Positions 30,734 to 60,236 are shown, counted from the stretch's first letter. The stretch: DNA of 64,000 nt from Blastocystis sp. Blastoise (GCA_039096225.1 JBBPEB010000014.1:124001-188000); one strand, 5' to 3'. Notes: a model not told the origin generated them from the letters alone. Numbers and translations: made by a program.

Positions 30734-32356
30734 TAGTATGAGCCTGATTTCCTTTTCGTTCGTTTCTTCTGTCACCCCTCTATTTCTATCTGTGAACCCT
30801 TCTATAAAGATACCGTCAAGATCCCCTCTCTTCGTGTTTTCCCTAAAGAAGGAGTTAATAGTACTCAACAACTTTTATTTCCTTATTTAACAAAAGAAGG
30901 AGTCATGGAACAACTTAATGCATACTTTGGTATATTATTATATGTTTATAATAATAATAATAATTATTATTATTATTAGTATCCGAGATATTATTATGAT
31001 TATTATTATTATATCCTCTATATATCCTCTATATATATATATTCTTTAGATACATCTATTCAAGTTGATGGTTATTTAGATGATTGGTTTGGAAGGGATT
31101 TAGAATTCGAAAGACTCTACGTCTCAAAATTCCTATCTGTATATATATATATATCTTAGTTTTTAATCTTTAGCATTCTATACTATTTAGTCTCTATTTT
31201 CATCTATTTTTTATATTCTCTCTTCTATATATATATATATTATATAATAGGCAAAGAAGGCTGATGCTGCTTCTATGATAGAAACTATTGACCCTAAACT
31301 CTATAAGAATGGAGATATATATCTTCATATTATGAAAAAGGTACTTTATTATTGTATTTAACTCCTTTTCATATTTATATATATATTCATATATATATAT
31401 ATATATTCTATATAGAGAAGTGAAAAACGTATATATATTAGTAATAAGAAGGAAGAAATCAAAGGAAAACTTCAGAATCTACATCCTCAAGATAAATCGT
31501 AAGTTATATGTATAATTATATTATTATTATTATTATTATTATGCTATTATTAATATTTTTTTAAAATTCATGTTTTCATTTATTTGTTCTAATAATAAAA
31601 TATATATTTATATATATAGTTATCGCTCTATGAAAGCTCTTTATAATATATTAAACAGTTTTATTCTTCCAACTCATGCAAAATCTCTCGAATTAACTCC
31701 ATTTAATATATATCCTGAATTTATGTGGGATGTGTCATTTCCTGCCGCTATATATATCGCAAAAACAGGAGGTACAAAATGTGATGATATTATTGAATTA
31801 GCTATTGTATTTATTATTTATATATAGTATTCATTCATTATTTATATTTATTAGACTATATTCATTATATATTATATCTATTATATGTACTATATAGACT
31901 AAGGGCAGTGATGCTCGTCACGATAATACTCATATTTATTGGATTGAATATGACAGAATGAGTAAATTCAGAGTATATATATATATATATACCTTTCTAG
32001 TAAAATATGATTCTTTATTAATCTCTTCTATAGTATTTATTTAATTCTTTTGATGTTGATTCTTGGATTTTCTTCACTTCTACTTCCAGAACTCCTGTAT
32101 ATATATCTAATTAATATTAGTATTATTATTCTTTATTTTTATATTTCTAAAAAACATAGTTGTTTTCATTCTATATTTATAAATTATTCTTATATATATA
32201 TAGGCAGATTGCGAAATAACTACTACTTATTCACCAAGTGCTCTTAACACACAAATTAATAAGTGTCTTGCCAAGTTAGAAAATTCTTCTTTTGAACCTA
32301 CAGAAGTTAATTCTCCTTCAGAATATACATTTACCGTAGGTTCTGATGAATTATAA
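29608..32356 (+). CDS. ER protein disulfide isomerase-like / multi-thioredoxin-fold protein
   Basis: Signal peptide [19 protein letters not shown] motif, many GT-AG exons, C-terminal ER-retention SDEL*. Confidence 0.65.
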
Positions 32357-32843
32357 ATATTTATTTTCCATTCTTATTAAATAAAAATCTATATTTATTA
32401 CGAATTTCAAAAAATCATATTATTTTTATTTCTTGGCTAATAACGCCATTTTTGTTTCCATTCTTGTCTGGTTTCAATATATTTAGCGTTATATCTTTTA
32501 AATTGTTTTTTTATCAAAGTCTAAGTATCGTGATTTGTTGTTTTCACTTCTAATTCTCTTTTCATTTTTTTTTTATAATTCTCATTTTCCCTCCATACTC
32601 TATATCTTTCAGTCAACTCTACAATCTCATCATTATCTTTAATACTCTATATCTACATTTCTAATTTATCAACAGTATTCAATTTCTTAAAATCAAATAA
32701 AATAACAAAAAGACAGTCATAAAAATATAATTCCCATGAATATCACTTTTAGCAAAACGAACGATTTGTATATGAAAGAAACATTTTGTTATTTACCATT
32801 ATTCCTTTTATTATTTTATTTATAACTTTAATAAACAAACAGA

Positions 32844-33326
32844 ATGGATAGTATCAAATCTATTATGAACACAATTCAAGACTCATGTCCAAAATTAGTT
32901 CCTGTCTTCTTTCCTAGAGGCACAAATGAAGCTACTCTTACTGAAGATATATTGAGAAATAAAGAATACAACATAACTAAAACAAATAAATGCTGCGTTT
33001 GTGGTTCATCTGATGATGTAGAACATGCACAACTCTTCTGTGACTATAATTTAAGTTCAGGAAAATGCTCTGTCACGAAACTCGACTATGTTTGTCCCGA
33101 TTGCAAAGCTTGTATGGATGTTAATTATATTATGAATGTTTGTTTCAACCTGAAGAATAAAGAAGAAAGTGAACGTTTATCTCGTCATTTCTTACTGACA
33201 AACTCACAATCACCAGACAACTGGCTCTTATTTCAACAAATAATATCTAGTGCATATTCATTAAAAGTATTACTCAAAAACTTTTTAAATCCTAATGTAG
33301 ATATTTCTATTCCCAAGAATCATTAA
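32844..33326 (+). CDS. Zn-binding HNH-endonuclease-like protein, catalytic His apparently lost (intronless)
   Basis: CCVCG...CPDC pairs; pattern PKL..P / CxxCG / Y..VCPDC / HF..N / VDIS recalls a prokaryotic/viral HNH family. Confidence 0.5.
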   Translation: MDSIKSIMNTIQDSCPKLVPVFFPRGTNEATLTEDILRNKEYNITKTNKCCVCGSSDDVEHAQLFCDYNLSSGKCSVTKLDYVCPDCKACMDVNYIMNVCFNLKNKEESERLSRHFLLTNSQSPDNWLLFQQIISSAYSLKVLLKNFLNPNVDISIPKNH

Positions 33327-33834
33327 GTTTCAGATATAGATATATATATATACATAAAAATTATATTCTTCAACTATCATTTATTTTTTTCGTTTTTATT
33401 TATTTTGTTGTTGTTTGTTTTATGTGAGTTTTTTTTTAGTTGTGTTTTTCAATTTTATATTATATATATATATATTTATATTATACTTATTGATCTATAC
33501 GAAGTTAATATATATATAAAACTGATTATAGTTTTTTTTCAGATAATTAACACATATAAATAGGAACTCTTATTGAAAAGAAACGAAACATTTTGTGTTC
33601 CTGTTGAGATAAAACTAAAATTTTTAAGATTTTGTCAGAACTTTTTAGTTGACCAAAAAAGGTAGGAAATAAAAACACGGGAATATATATTTTTGTGAGA
33701 CAGAATAAATCAATCCCGCTATTATCACCTTCTTTGTTTCGATTATGATAACTAAACAGATCAAAAATTCTAATTTTTTGTTTTTTAAACAAACAACTAG
33801 TTGAATTTGTTTTATGAACAAATTTTAAATATTA

Positions 33835-48553
<14,719 letters not shown>

Positions 48554-49015
48554 AGAAATGATATATGATGCTCTTATCTTCCCATACCTTTGTCGTGTTT
48601 ATTTGCTTTCCTTATATAGTAATGTATATCTATAGAATATCTGCTTTTTTAATATATATATTTGTTGTTATTTGTTGTTATTGTAAATATTTATACTATA
48701 AATAATATAATAATCATTTTTTCAATATTTCTTTCTTTTATGTGTGATCCTATACTATTGTTTGTCTTCTCTATTGTTTTCTTATTTCCTTTCTTCCTTT
48801 TTAATTTTTGTTTTTTTTTTTATTAAAGTTCTTGCATATTACAATGCTTATTATGTTGTTTATTCAACGAAACACTTGTAATAAATGTAATATATAATTT
48901 CCTATAAAAATATATATTTAATTTTTTTTCACATTCCTCTAGATATATATCAATATCTATATTTAGTTTTCATATTAACATATATATACAATAATTATGT
49001 ATGTATAGTTTTTTT

Positions 49016-49782
49016 TTAATTATCAATTATTTCTAGTTTTAAATTTTCATATTTATTAATCAAAGAATTAAGTTTGGTTTTGATATTTGCTATTTTTACA
49101 CATTTTGGTATTACTAATTATAGAAATAATATAGAATAATAATACTTAAATATATAATAAAATACCTAAATTAAATTGAAGTTGAGCACTTCTTAGAGAA
49201 TGAGGTGGTAAAATAGAAAACATATAAAGTGGATCCTTAAGAGTTTTCTTGATATGACTTATATTTGTTGCTGAAATTGTTTTATTATTTTCAATAATTT
49301 CACTTTTTATTCCATTTTCAGTTGTATGTCTTTGACGAAGAGTATTTTCTGATTCTTGAGAAGAATCTTTGTCTGAATCCATAAAGGAAACAGTATGAAC
49401 TTCATTATGACGTTCTACACCACCATTGGAGTCTTTTTGTAGAGTAAAAGTATCTTTAGAATTACAAGAATCATCGACTCTTGATAATAATAGACAATAT
49501 GAATATATATTTTTTATAGAATAAGAGATTAAAAGTAAATAAATCAAATATCGAAATACAAAATATAAAATGAACTTACATTTCAACAAATAGTTTTCTT
49601 TTGAGAGAATCATCATATGACAATTGAGTATAATTATACCAGTCATCTCGTATTTTCGTTGCTGATATATCGAAAATGCAAGATCGATAAATCGATTCTA
49701 ATTCATCAGATTCTTTTGAGTATTCTACTAAAAGATCTATTATTTCACTCAAGCAAGTATCTTTTTGGTTGGTTTTATTCAT
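49016..49782 (-). CDS. VMA22: V-ATPase assembly factor Vma22/CCDC115
   Basis: KDPLYMFSILPPHSLRSAQLQF signature; 3 exons in frame. Confidence 0.78.
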
Positions 49783-50012
49783 TTAAATAATAAAATTGAA
49801 CTATTTCTTTGAAAGTAAAAAAAAAATAATGTTTTGCCAAGAAAGTCTTTTTCTTTTCTTAGAAAAAAAAAATATGAAAATTTCAATAATAACAAAACAA
49901 ATATTAATTAACATAAGAAACTATTTATGATAACGGTATACTAGTACAGAATAATAAAATAAAGATTAAGAAAAGAAAGATATAAAAAACTAGTGATTAA
50001 ATGTAATTATGT

Positions 50013-51041
50013 TTATAAATCAGCATAATCGGAGTCAGAATCATCATCATCATCATCATCGTCGTCATCATCACTACTATCAGCCTTCTTAGATTTCTTG
50101 GCAGGTTTCTTAGCGGCCTTCTTAGCAGGTTTCTTGGCAGCCTTCTTTCCCTTCTTAGATTTCTTCTTGTAGTCATCATCAGAATCATCATCAGATTCTT
50201 CTTCGGATTCAGATTCCTCTTCTTCAGATTCTTCTTCTTCTTCATCATCTTCTTCATAATCATCATCAGTAGCACCTTCACCAGCAGCTTCAAGAGCAGC
50301 AAGATTATCAAGATAAGCTTGTTCTTCTTGAGCAACACGTTCAAGTCTTTCTTGAGAAAGTTTCTTTTCTTCTTCAGTATAATCAAGAGACTTTAACATT
50401 TCTTCATATTTATGAATAAGTTCTTCATTATAAGCAATTCTAGATTCAACATGTTTAATAAGATTCTTAGAAGTTTCAAGAACTCTTTCTTTATGGAAAG
50501 CAAGGAAACCATCCTTAACACCCTTAAGTACTTCTTCAGAAGCTTGTTCCTTCTTACTAAGAGATTCTTTAGCTTCTTCAACTTCCTTTAAGGCAGCCTT
50601 ATGAGCCTTCTTACCTTCAGATTTAGCTTCTTTAGCTTCTTCTTCTTTCTTACTAACAGCCTTTTCAGCCTTAAGAACGGCCTTTTCAGCACGAGTTCTA
50701 TTCTTCATAACAGCTCTGACAGAGCCAGCTTTACCTTGAAGATATCTGAAAGTAGTAACAATACCACCATGTTGAGCTTCAGCATCATCACGAAGCATAT
50801 CAGACATAATACGGACTTGTTCACCAGTTTGAGTAAAGAAATCAAGAGCTTCTTCACTTTCATAAGTACGAGCAACCTTCATGAAGTTAATGTAATAAGC
50901 AGATATACATTGAAGTTCACGAGCAGTATTCTTTTGGTTAGCAACAAGTTTATCACCAGCAGTAACAGAATTCTTAATAATATCAGAATAATTAACAAGA
51001 GAACCTTCAGCTTCTCTATATATATTAATATATTAAAAAAA

Positions 51042-51109
<68 letters not shown>

Positions 51110-52402
51110 AATAAATAATAATAAATATATATATATATAATAAAAATACCTGAATTCAGATTCTTCAAGTTCATCCTTAATATCGATGGAGGTACCAGTA
51201 GCGGCTTCAAGAGCAGTCTTGACACCCATCTTAGTAGCATTAAGAGCCTTGTTGAATGTTTCAGTGAGGACATCTTCTCCATCAGGTAAAACGGCACGAA
51301 CAGCAGCCATACCTTCAGAAGATACAGTGAAGAATACTTGAACTTCATAAGTACAAACAAGAGTGGGATCAGCAATAACTTCATTAACAAAGTTTTGAAG
51401 ACCTAATAATCTTCCTTCAACGAAATCCTTAGCGAATCTGTTACGATTTTGTTTTTCAGGAATAGGAGGAATGACATGATCCATGAACTTATGCTTAAGT
51501 CTAAGATTCAACCATTCGAAATCAGAATATCTACGAGAAACCTATAGAGAATAATCATTATTATTATACATTTTGGTCATTTTTATATATCATCAAAACA
51601 ATATATTATAATATATATTTATACCTTAATCTTGCCTTCAGGGAAGTTACTCATCTTAGTTTGAACGTTAATAGAATATTCAGTGTGTTTATTCATGAAA
51701 GTACCAACAGTATGAGGTTTTTCAATGCTAGCAACAATAGCAGCAGAACCATCAGTAGGAAGTTGAATATTTTCAGTATAGTCAGAATCAAGTTCAAGAG
51801 CGAAATTAGGAAGCTTATAATCATGATCCTTAAAGAGTTTCTTCATAGAAGGTTCACCATCTTCTTGAGCAACAGCAACAAGTTTACAAGCAATCATCCA
51901 ACCATTACGGCTAAGAGTAGGTTTGCTCTTACCATTACAAGCAAGTTTCCAGATATCAGCAAGAGTATCGTCATCAAGACCAGAACGACGTAAGAATTGA
52001 GAACCTTCCTTTCCAGCAATCTATCATATTAAAATAAATATAAATGTTGTTTTGAAATAATAGATAATTTAAAAACAAATATATAATATATATATAACAA
52101 AATTACAAAATAAATGTGTAATTATATGAATATCATGAGATACAAGCAAAAAAGAACAAAAAATAAAATTCAATATAAAAATAAATTGTCAAAAAAAAAA
52201 AGATTTGTAAAATAGAGATTAAAATTAAATTAAGCAATTTAAATACCTTATCATCAGCATCGGTATCAACGATATCGAAAGTTTTGTTAAAGAAAGAAAC
52301 TTCAACACCAGTAACATGAACATCTCCCTTCTTCATATTGATATCAACACCACCTTGATCGATACCGACCATGGAGAAAACGTTGGTTAATTTATTAGCC
52401 AT
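50013..52402 (-). CDS. Sorting nexin with EH + PX + BAR domains and an acidic/Lys-rich tail
   Basis: EH (FDIVDTDADDKIAGKEG..FLRRSGL..LADIWKL), PX (VSRRYSDFEWL..IPPIPEK..FVEGRLLGLQNF), helical BAR region; 4 exons. Confidence 0.85.
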
Positions 52403-53367
52403 GTTTATGAATTCAGTTATTAAAATATATATAAAAGACTATAGAGTAATCTTTCTTCTTAGAAAAGTGGCATTATAGAATAGCAATCCTATTTGTAAAA
52501 ACACCACGACAGAATATCAAAATCCAAAAACCATTAATTTGTAACAAACAAATAAGGATCTTTTTAGAAATCAATTCCGACGTGAATTCTTGAATGACAT
52601 TTTTTTTAGAAACAACAAATAACCACGGAGATTACTCTGAAATCCTCTATAATTTTAATTATTTCTATCAATTTAGATATGACCAAAACAGCCAATGAAA
52701 AGCAACAACGAACATCATATACGCTTTTTTTTCTAAGCATGATCTTTATTTGTGTTTTTTTACCTTATTAAGCCTTATCAACTCATTTTTCAATCAAATT
52801 TTCATAAAAAATAATATATCATAGTTGACTCAATGATTTATCTCAAAATAAAATATACAAAAAAAACATTTTTTTCATTTTGTAATGGATACAAAAATAT
52901 CATGTAAATAGAAAGCAGATATAAACTGAAACTAAAAAAAATATTTTTTAGTAATTTTAAAATCAATTATACATAATAATAAAAAACATTTATTTTTTTC
53001 TAACTTTTTTAATAAATATATCTAAATTTCTTTTAAGAATTTCTTTTTATTTCACAATATATTCCTTGTTATTATTATTTTATTATTTATCTTCATTGTT
53101 ATTATTTATACAATGTCAATATCTATTCAGTGTTGAAGATCAAATTTAATTTATTTTACAAAAACAAATCTTTTAACAAAACAATATATATATTACAGAT
53201 ATATCTACAACGACTTAAACAAAGAAAAAAAAATTTGAAACTACACTACTAATTAAAAATAATATATATTTTTTATAATTGAAAAACAAGATAATATTTC
53301 TTATGATTATTTATAATATATATATATAAATAAATCAAGAGATACGAGTACTATTGAATAAATGTGT

Positions 53368-53994
53368 TTACCATTGAGTTTCTCTCTTAGGACCCTTAGA
53401 ACAGATCATCTTACAACTTGAACAAATGATAATAAGAAGAATTAAGGCAGCAACAATAGCAGCAATACCTACCCAAAGGGAACTAGTTTCAACAGCACCA
53501 GTAAAAAGAGTCTTACAATCAGGGAAAGTACTTTGAGCAGATTCACAAGGATACTTTTCACCAAAACCACAACATTCAAAAGTAGTTTGAACTTGTTCCC
53601 ATTCAGTAGTATTAACAATATTAGCAAAAGCTTTATCTATTTCAGCCCAAAAACTTTCAGAAGAGTCAGCATTACCAACAACAAAGTATAAGATGAAAGC
53701 AACAATAGCAATAGCAAGGAATACAATAAACATAACTAAAGCTAAGAATGAATAAACATAAAGCCAACAACCACCAGCAGCAGCACAAAGACCAAGAATA
53801 CTAATTACAGCAACAACGGCACCACTTATAATAAATATATTAAGGTAGGGCTTGACAAAAGTTTCAATTTCTTGAACAGGGAAAGAACCTTGAATGTTGA
53901 TGTATACAGAAACACCGACAATAAGTAAACCAATGATTAATAATAAAACATTACAAGTAATTAAACAACATCTAGCGTTTTTATCCGTAGCCAT
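53368..53994 (-). CDS. Tetraspanin family protein (intronless), paralog of 28639-29292
   Basis: CCLI..NV.LLIIGL, GSFPV, GCWLY.YSFL, CCGFG and CSSC are shared with the other copy. Confidence 0.88.
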   Translation of the reverse strand: MATDKNARCCLITCNVLLLIIGLLIVGVSVYINIQGSFPVQEIETFVKPYLNIFIISGAVVAVISILGLCAAAGGCWLYVYSFLALVMFIVFLAIAIVAFILYFVVGNADSSESFWAEIDKAFANIVNTTEWEQVQTTFECCGFGEKYPCESAQSTFPDCKTLFTGAVETSSLWVGIAAIVAALILLIIICSSCKMICSKGPKRETQW

Positions 53995-55373
53995 GTTAAT
54001 TTATCAAAAAGCAATTAAAAATTAAATATAAAAAATTATGTCTTTTATCTCTTGAATAATTAGACTGTATACATTCTGTTTTTTGTCTTCATTTTCGAAA
54101 AGGAGAGTTTTAAAGAGGATTCACAAAAAAAATCATGACCATATGAAGCCATTTGCTATATTCTGTAGTGTTTTTGTTGAAGAAAAACACCAATTAATCA
54201 CGAGAAATTTTGTTCTTATTCCATAATTCTTCTCATTTCGGAAACGTCGGTTTTCTGGAAGAAATAACAAAAAAAAAAAACTATTTCTTGTTACTTTAGT
54301 TTTTTCTTAGATTACCATATTTTCCTTTCAATTTATAATAATATCTATGAATTCAGTTTATCAACAACTAACTGATACTTATGGGAAAATCATATCTAAA
54401 ATTTCACACATTTTCTTAGAAACCACGTTTTCAATACTTTTATTTTATTTAATTATTTCTAAACAATGATAAGGACAAGTAGTTAATTATTGAAATTATA
54501 TTAATATCTTTAAAATTACAATTGCATGGTATTCACCTTGTTCCAATGTTCTTATTTTGATTGTAATATACATGAAAGATCTCAACTCATATTGTTTTAT
54601 TAGAAAAAAAAATATTTATTTGTCTCATTTTGTAAATGATTGAAAACTCTCTTCAATTACCTTAATTCTTTTTGATTTCCATCTTTAGCTTTATGTATAT
54701 TAAAATTAGATTCAGTATTATGAAGTCTTTTATGAAAAGATATATAAATTAAAGATCTATCTAATTATTTTGAAAAAGAATTCTACTTTAATCAGAAGAT
54801 TCTATAAATCAATTGAAAATATATATTTACAAGCTACTAAATTTGTGGCATACTCATTATTAACATCATTTTTGATTTGACTTATTATAATAATGTTATT
54901 ATAAATAGGTAAGAAGTATTAGAAATAGGAGAAAATAAGGTGTTAGCTTGAAATCACAATAATAATAATAATAAAGAGAAATGAAAAAATGAAAATAATT
55001 GTAAAAGTTTGCTTTCATATACCGATCAAAGACTCATAAAAATTTTGATTAGTTGATATATGTAAAACTTAAAAATAATGCACAAAAAAACTCAGTGATT
55101 ATATAATTATTAATCATGTTAATAATCAGCATCATTCACAGTATTTTATCCTCTTTTATATAAACATATGCTAATAAAAACTAAATAATGGCTTTATATA
55201 GGATAATAAGAATGAATTAAGAAATGAGATGAAAAAAGAGAAATGGAGAATTCAATTACATTTTCCCTAGGTTTTTTTAAAAAATTCCCTATAACAATCA
55301 TTTCCATTCATGCATTCTTTTTTTCGATAGAAACCATACACAATTTTGATTGCTTCTGTATTAACTCACCATT

Positions 55374-56944
55374 ATGTTCACTGCATTTAGAGGCATTCGT
55401 TCAAGCATTCTTCCATTAAAGCGAATTCAACCTTCTGCTCGTTTTTTTATGGTAGCTAAAAATGGGAATGTTGTAAATAATTTACCTAAGAATCTTTTCG
55501 CTTCTTCTAAACTTGCTACTAAGAAGATGAATCTTCCTTTCGTATCCAACAATTTTAAACGTTTATTCTCTGAAGCTGCTGAGGAAGCTACTCAAGAAGC
55601 TGCTAGATCCAATGTACCTATGGTTGTTAGTGTAGTGAGAAGTATATATCTATTATAAATTCTTGTTGATTTCTATTTAAACGTTTTTATTAATTAAGAA
55701 AAGACTAATTCTTTATTTGAATAATGTATCTTATAATATATACTAAATGGTTTATTATTCTATAGCTACAAAGAAAGCTACAAAGAGTGTATTATGGTTA
55801 GGTTTAACTGTAGTTATTTGCTCCTGTGCTTATTTAATTGGTGTTTATTTATGGCCTTCTCCCATCAGTCCTCAAAGAATCTTCAATGATGCTTTCTCTG
55901 TAGTCAGAGAAAATGAAAAGGTATATTATTATTGTGTTTATATTTTTATATTGTTATTTATATTAAATGTGTTTTTTTTGTATATAATCACTGTTATACT
56001 TGATGTTTATTTATTTATTATATATATATGTTTCTTCTTATTTCTATTATATATATATATAGATTAATCAGATGTTAGGAGGTAATTTGAAGGCTTATGG
56101 TATAGAGATGGATTCTAAAGTAGAAGGTCGTCGTAATATGATTGATAGTATCTCCTTTGTAGGGGATGATGGAGTACCTAGATGCAGGTATATATATACT
56201 ATACTATTTATATACTATACTATACTATTTATATACTGTTATATATACTATTTATATACTATACTATATAATATATTATACTATACTATACTATTTATAT
56301 ACTATACTATAGAATTGTATTTAATGTTGAAGGTCGTAATGGTAAGGGTATCGTGTATGCTGAAAAGTCAAAGGAAATGGCCAAGGGTAGAATATATATA
56401 TATATATATATATATATATCATTATTTATTTTGATCAATCTCTATATATATATCTATATATATTATTATTAATATATTTATTTCTATACTTGATCTCTCT
56501 TTAGGACAATTTTATTATTTGGTATTCGTTCAACCTACAACAAACAGAGTTTTAGGTATTGTAGATAACCGTGAATATATTGAGAAAACCAAGTTACAAG
56601 AACAAGTCGTCAAACAATTAAAAGAACATAGAGCTTATATGTATGGTCATAGAGGATATAAAGTTACTTTTGATCAATTAAATGAATTCGGAGATCATGC
56701 CGGAGAAATTAACTTGATTGATTGTGCTCAGAAGGAACAACTTTGTGCTCAACTTCAAATTCAAATGGTACCCACTTGGATTATTGATGGAGTCAAATAT
56801 AGAGGTCTGATTCACTTGGAGGATTTTGATGCTGTTATTCACCCTCCTGCCGTCGTTCCTGGTCCCTTCGATCAAATCAAAGAATACTGGCAGAAACTTA
56901 GAGGCAAGTCACTTAAAGTAGACAATAAAAAAGAAACTAATTAA
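55374..56944 (+). CDS. TIM21: Mitochondrial import translocase TIM21 fused to a C-terminal thioredoxin-like domain
   Basis: Presequence, single TM, SPQRIF..A, LKAYG, GRRN, FNVEG..G.VYAE, IVDNR; then MYG..Q..FG..C..C..PTWIIDG; 5 exons. Confidence 0.82.
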
Positions 56945-57552
56945 GGATATTATATATATATGTAATAATATATTCTAAATATAAATTCCTTTATTCTTTT
57001 TTATAATGCTCTCACTTTATTATTTGCTGTTTCTATTAGTATTAGATTCTTTACTATATATATATTTATCTTTTACTTTCTTTTTATATTATCTAGTTTA
57101 TAATCATAAACATCTTATTATTCTTCTAAAGTATGATAAGTTTCTATTACTATTTATTATAATTTATATATATTTATTTTTTATTTTGGTATATAATGAC
57201 TTTTTTGTTCATATCTCTTTTTTCTTTGTTAGTTATCTATATATAACTATATAAATATGCTTTGGGTGTGTCTTGTATCTTGATTTTATATATATTTAAA
57301 TTAAGATATGCATTATTTGGGATTACTATTCAATTTAGATTCTCTTTATTTATTTAGTTTTTTCTAAAAATTAAAGCATTTTTTAGATCTTTTAAGAGAT
57401 GTTAATTTAATGAACTCTTTGCATTATATATAATATATTATTTATACATTGTAATTTAGACACAATTTTTACTAAAATTAAAGCCATTAAAAAATGAAAA
57501 AAGAAGAAAAGTAGAAAAAATGAATATAAAAATAAATAAAAAAAACAGATTA

Positions 57553-58123
57553 TTAATCTTGTTTTTGTTTTGTAGTAGATTCAGAATTGTTCTCTTTCGG
57601 TTGATAATCATCAATATAATGAAGAGCCACATGAATAGGGAGAATAAGGAAATATATATATTCAAAAATATAGAATGAATGAGAGCTAGAATCCAATAAT
57701 AAATACACATATGAATCAGCAAAGGAAGGATAGAATGTAAATAAAGGAAGACTAGCTAGTTGGAGGCAGAAAAGAAGGAGAAGACACATTCTGTAACTAT
57801 ATAATAATAATGATATATATAATAATAACAATAATAATAATGATATATATATAATAATAATAATAATAACTATAATAATAATAATATATATACGTTTGAT
57901 TATTTGTGTAAAGAAGTGAGAAGATAGTGATGAACAGGAAAAGAGGGATAAAGAAAAGTGTGTATATATGTGTTAAAGAGAGATAAATCGATGCTACTAG
58001 GAATGTAAATAATGTACATTTTAAGAAACTCAGTTGGACAGTTTCTTTAGAATAGCCGAAATTCTCTATAATGGAAGGGATATAGAGTTGGCGAGTAATA
58101 TACCAGAAGAGATAACCTATAGA

Positions 58124-58217
<94 letters not shown>

Positions 58218-60236
58218 GGAAGATAGGACATAAAGAGAAGTGCTACTGAGGATAAAACGTCATTTAAATATAATTCAATCAAACATCTATAGAGTAAATA
58301 AATAATAAGGAAAATAATATAAATATATTAGACTATATATATGTACTTAAGAATAGTATAGCATGTGACTGCAAATAGAATGGCGGGAAGATACATATAA
58401 ATGGCGGGAAGAAGAGATACTTGATTTAGAGGCTATAGAGATAGTTTTATATACAGAATAAAAGTATTATAAATACATGGATGAATAGGAGAAGAGAGAG
58501 AGCAACAAGGATACAACAAGTAGGAAGAGAGAAGTCTGCAGATGTTATATATTGAGAGGGAGAAAGAAGGAAGTAGGAAGTTGAAGAATGATGAAGACGT
58601 TCGTGAAGATGAGAAACTGTGAGAAGAATCTATATATTATATTATATTATTATATTATCATGAATAAATAAATACAAAATAAAATTGTAAAAAAAAAAAT
58701 AAATAAAAATAAAATTATAAAAATAATAAATGAAAAAAGTCCAAGATACCTGTTGATAGTTATCAAGAAGCGTTTTTGTTTGGTCATGTGCGTTAACAAT
58801 ATCATGTACACTATTGACATGTGCATGAGGGATTAAAGTAACTGCAGGTATGTGTTGTTCGAGGAACGAAGTATGAATAGAAACATCTTGATAGAAAACA
58901 TGCATAAAATGAGTATCCAGAAAGTCAGAAAGAGAATTAAATAAAATAGAAGGCATGTATGAACGAAGCAAAGTATAGACACTACTTTCTCTATATGTAT
59001 TACATGTTATATATATGTATATTTAATAAATATACCTAGACACAGAAGTAATTCTCAGATATTTTTCAAGGACACTAATAATATCCATATGAGTATCGAA
59101 TCCATTATCCCCGCGGGAAAGAAGAGTGAATCCATCTAAGGTTGAAAATGTATATAAAGATCCAAAAGTATAAAGAGAAAAGACAGGATTAGAAACAGAA
59201 GATAAAGAAGTTTGAATCCATTTCTATATATATGATAATAATATATAATTGATATTTATAAATATGAATTTATTATTATATATATATATATATATATATA
59301 TAAAGAAATATTTATGGATATAATATAATTAGAATCTACAATTGATATATATAAATAACTTCTAAAATATATATGTATATATACATCTAGTCCCTTCATT
59401 CGTTGTTCTTCTTCATCATAAATTTCAACTAAGAGGGTAATCTTCATACCACTACGATTGACTATATCCCCGTGGAAAAGAGAGGCAAATAAGACGGTCA
59501 TATCGGGGAGAGACGAAGGGCATTGTAAAGTATTTGAAGAAATTGACGTAGATATAATAATGGAAGACTATATATAGAGTAATAGGAATAATAGATAATA
59601 AATAAGTGCTATATATTATAGAATCTAATAATAATATAAAAAATACTACAATTAATAATAATAATAATATTAATAATAATATTATAAATTACATATATAT
59701 ATTTCAATATACTTGAGCATCTCCTTCTTTTATTGGTTCCAATGTATATTCTAAAACGGTTAAATTCTTATAATGAATACGCTCTTGATCCAATAATACA
59801 ATAGTTTCTGTATATTCTTTCATTGGACCGAAATCGTTTTGAAATTGATCTTTTATTGCATAAGAAATGGTGTCTATACTTTTATCACCAAGACGACATA
59901 AAGAATTATGAAAATCAAATGCGTATTGAATCTAAAGAAATAATGATTAATAAAGCCATAAAAATAATATTATGGAACTATATAAATACGTCATCTTCGG
60001 TAACAGAAGAAGATATACTGTCAGGGAGGTTTTGTTCAGAGATATGTCCAATTGCTTTAGGTTTAGAGACTATAACGCTATTATAAAGTATTAAGAATAT
60101 ATCATACAACTTGTTATTGATATATAGGGACAAATAAAGAATGAAACACATCCTAAAATGCACAAAACAAGTCTATACTGTTGATTCTAAAAGAAATGAG
60201 AAAATACGATAAAGGCTTAAGAATTCTGTCAAACAT
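57553..60236 (-). CDS. GAA1: GPI transamidase component GAA1/GPAA1 (divergent)
   Basis: N-terminal TM then SEQNL (SENAL-like), GDNGFDTHMDII, H..F....I.AVTL, LHERLHHSSTSYFLL, followed by a multi-TM C-terminus. Confidence 0.7.

Noticed and set aside
58378-58412. Direct repeat AATGGCGGGAAG
   Set aside because: Short coding duplication (LPAI twice) within a GAA1 exon.
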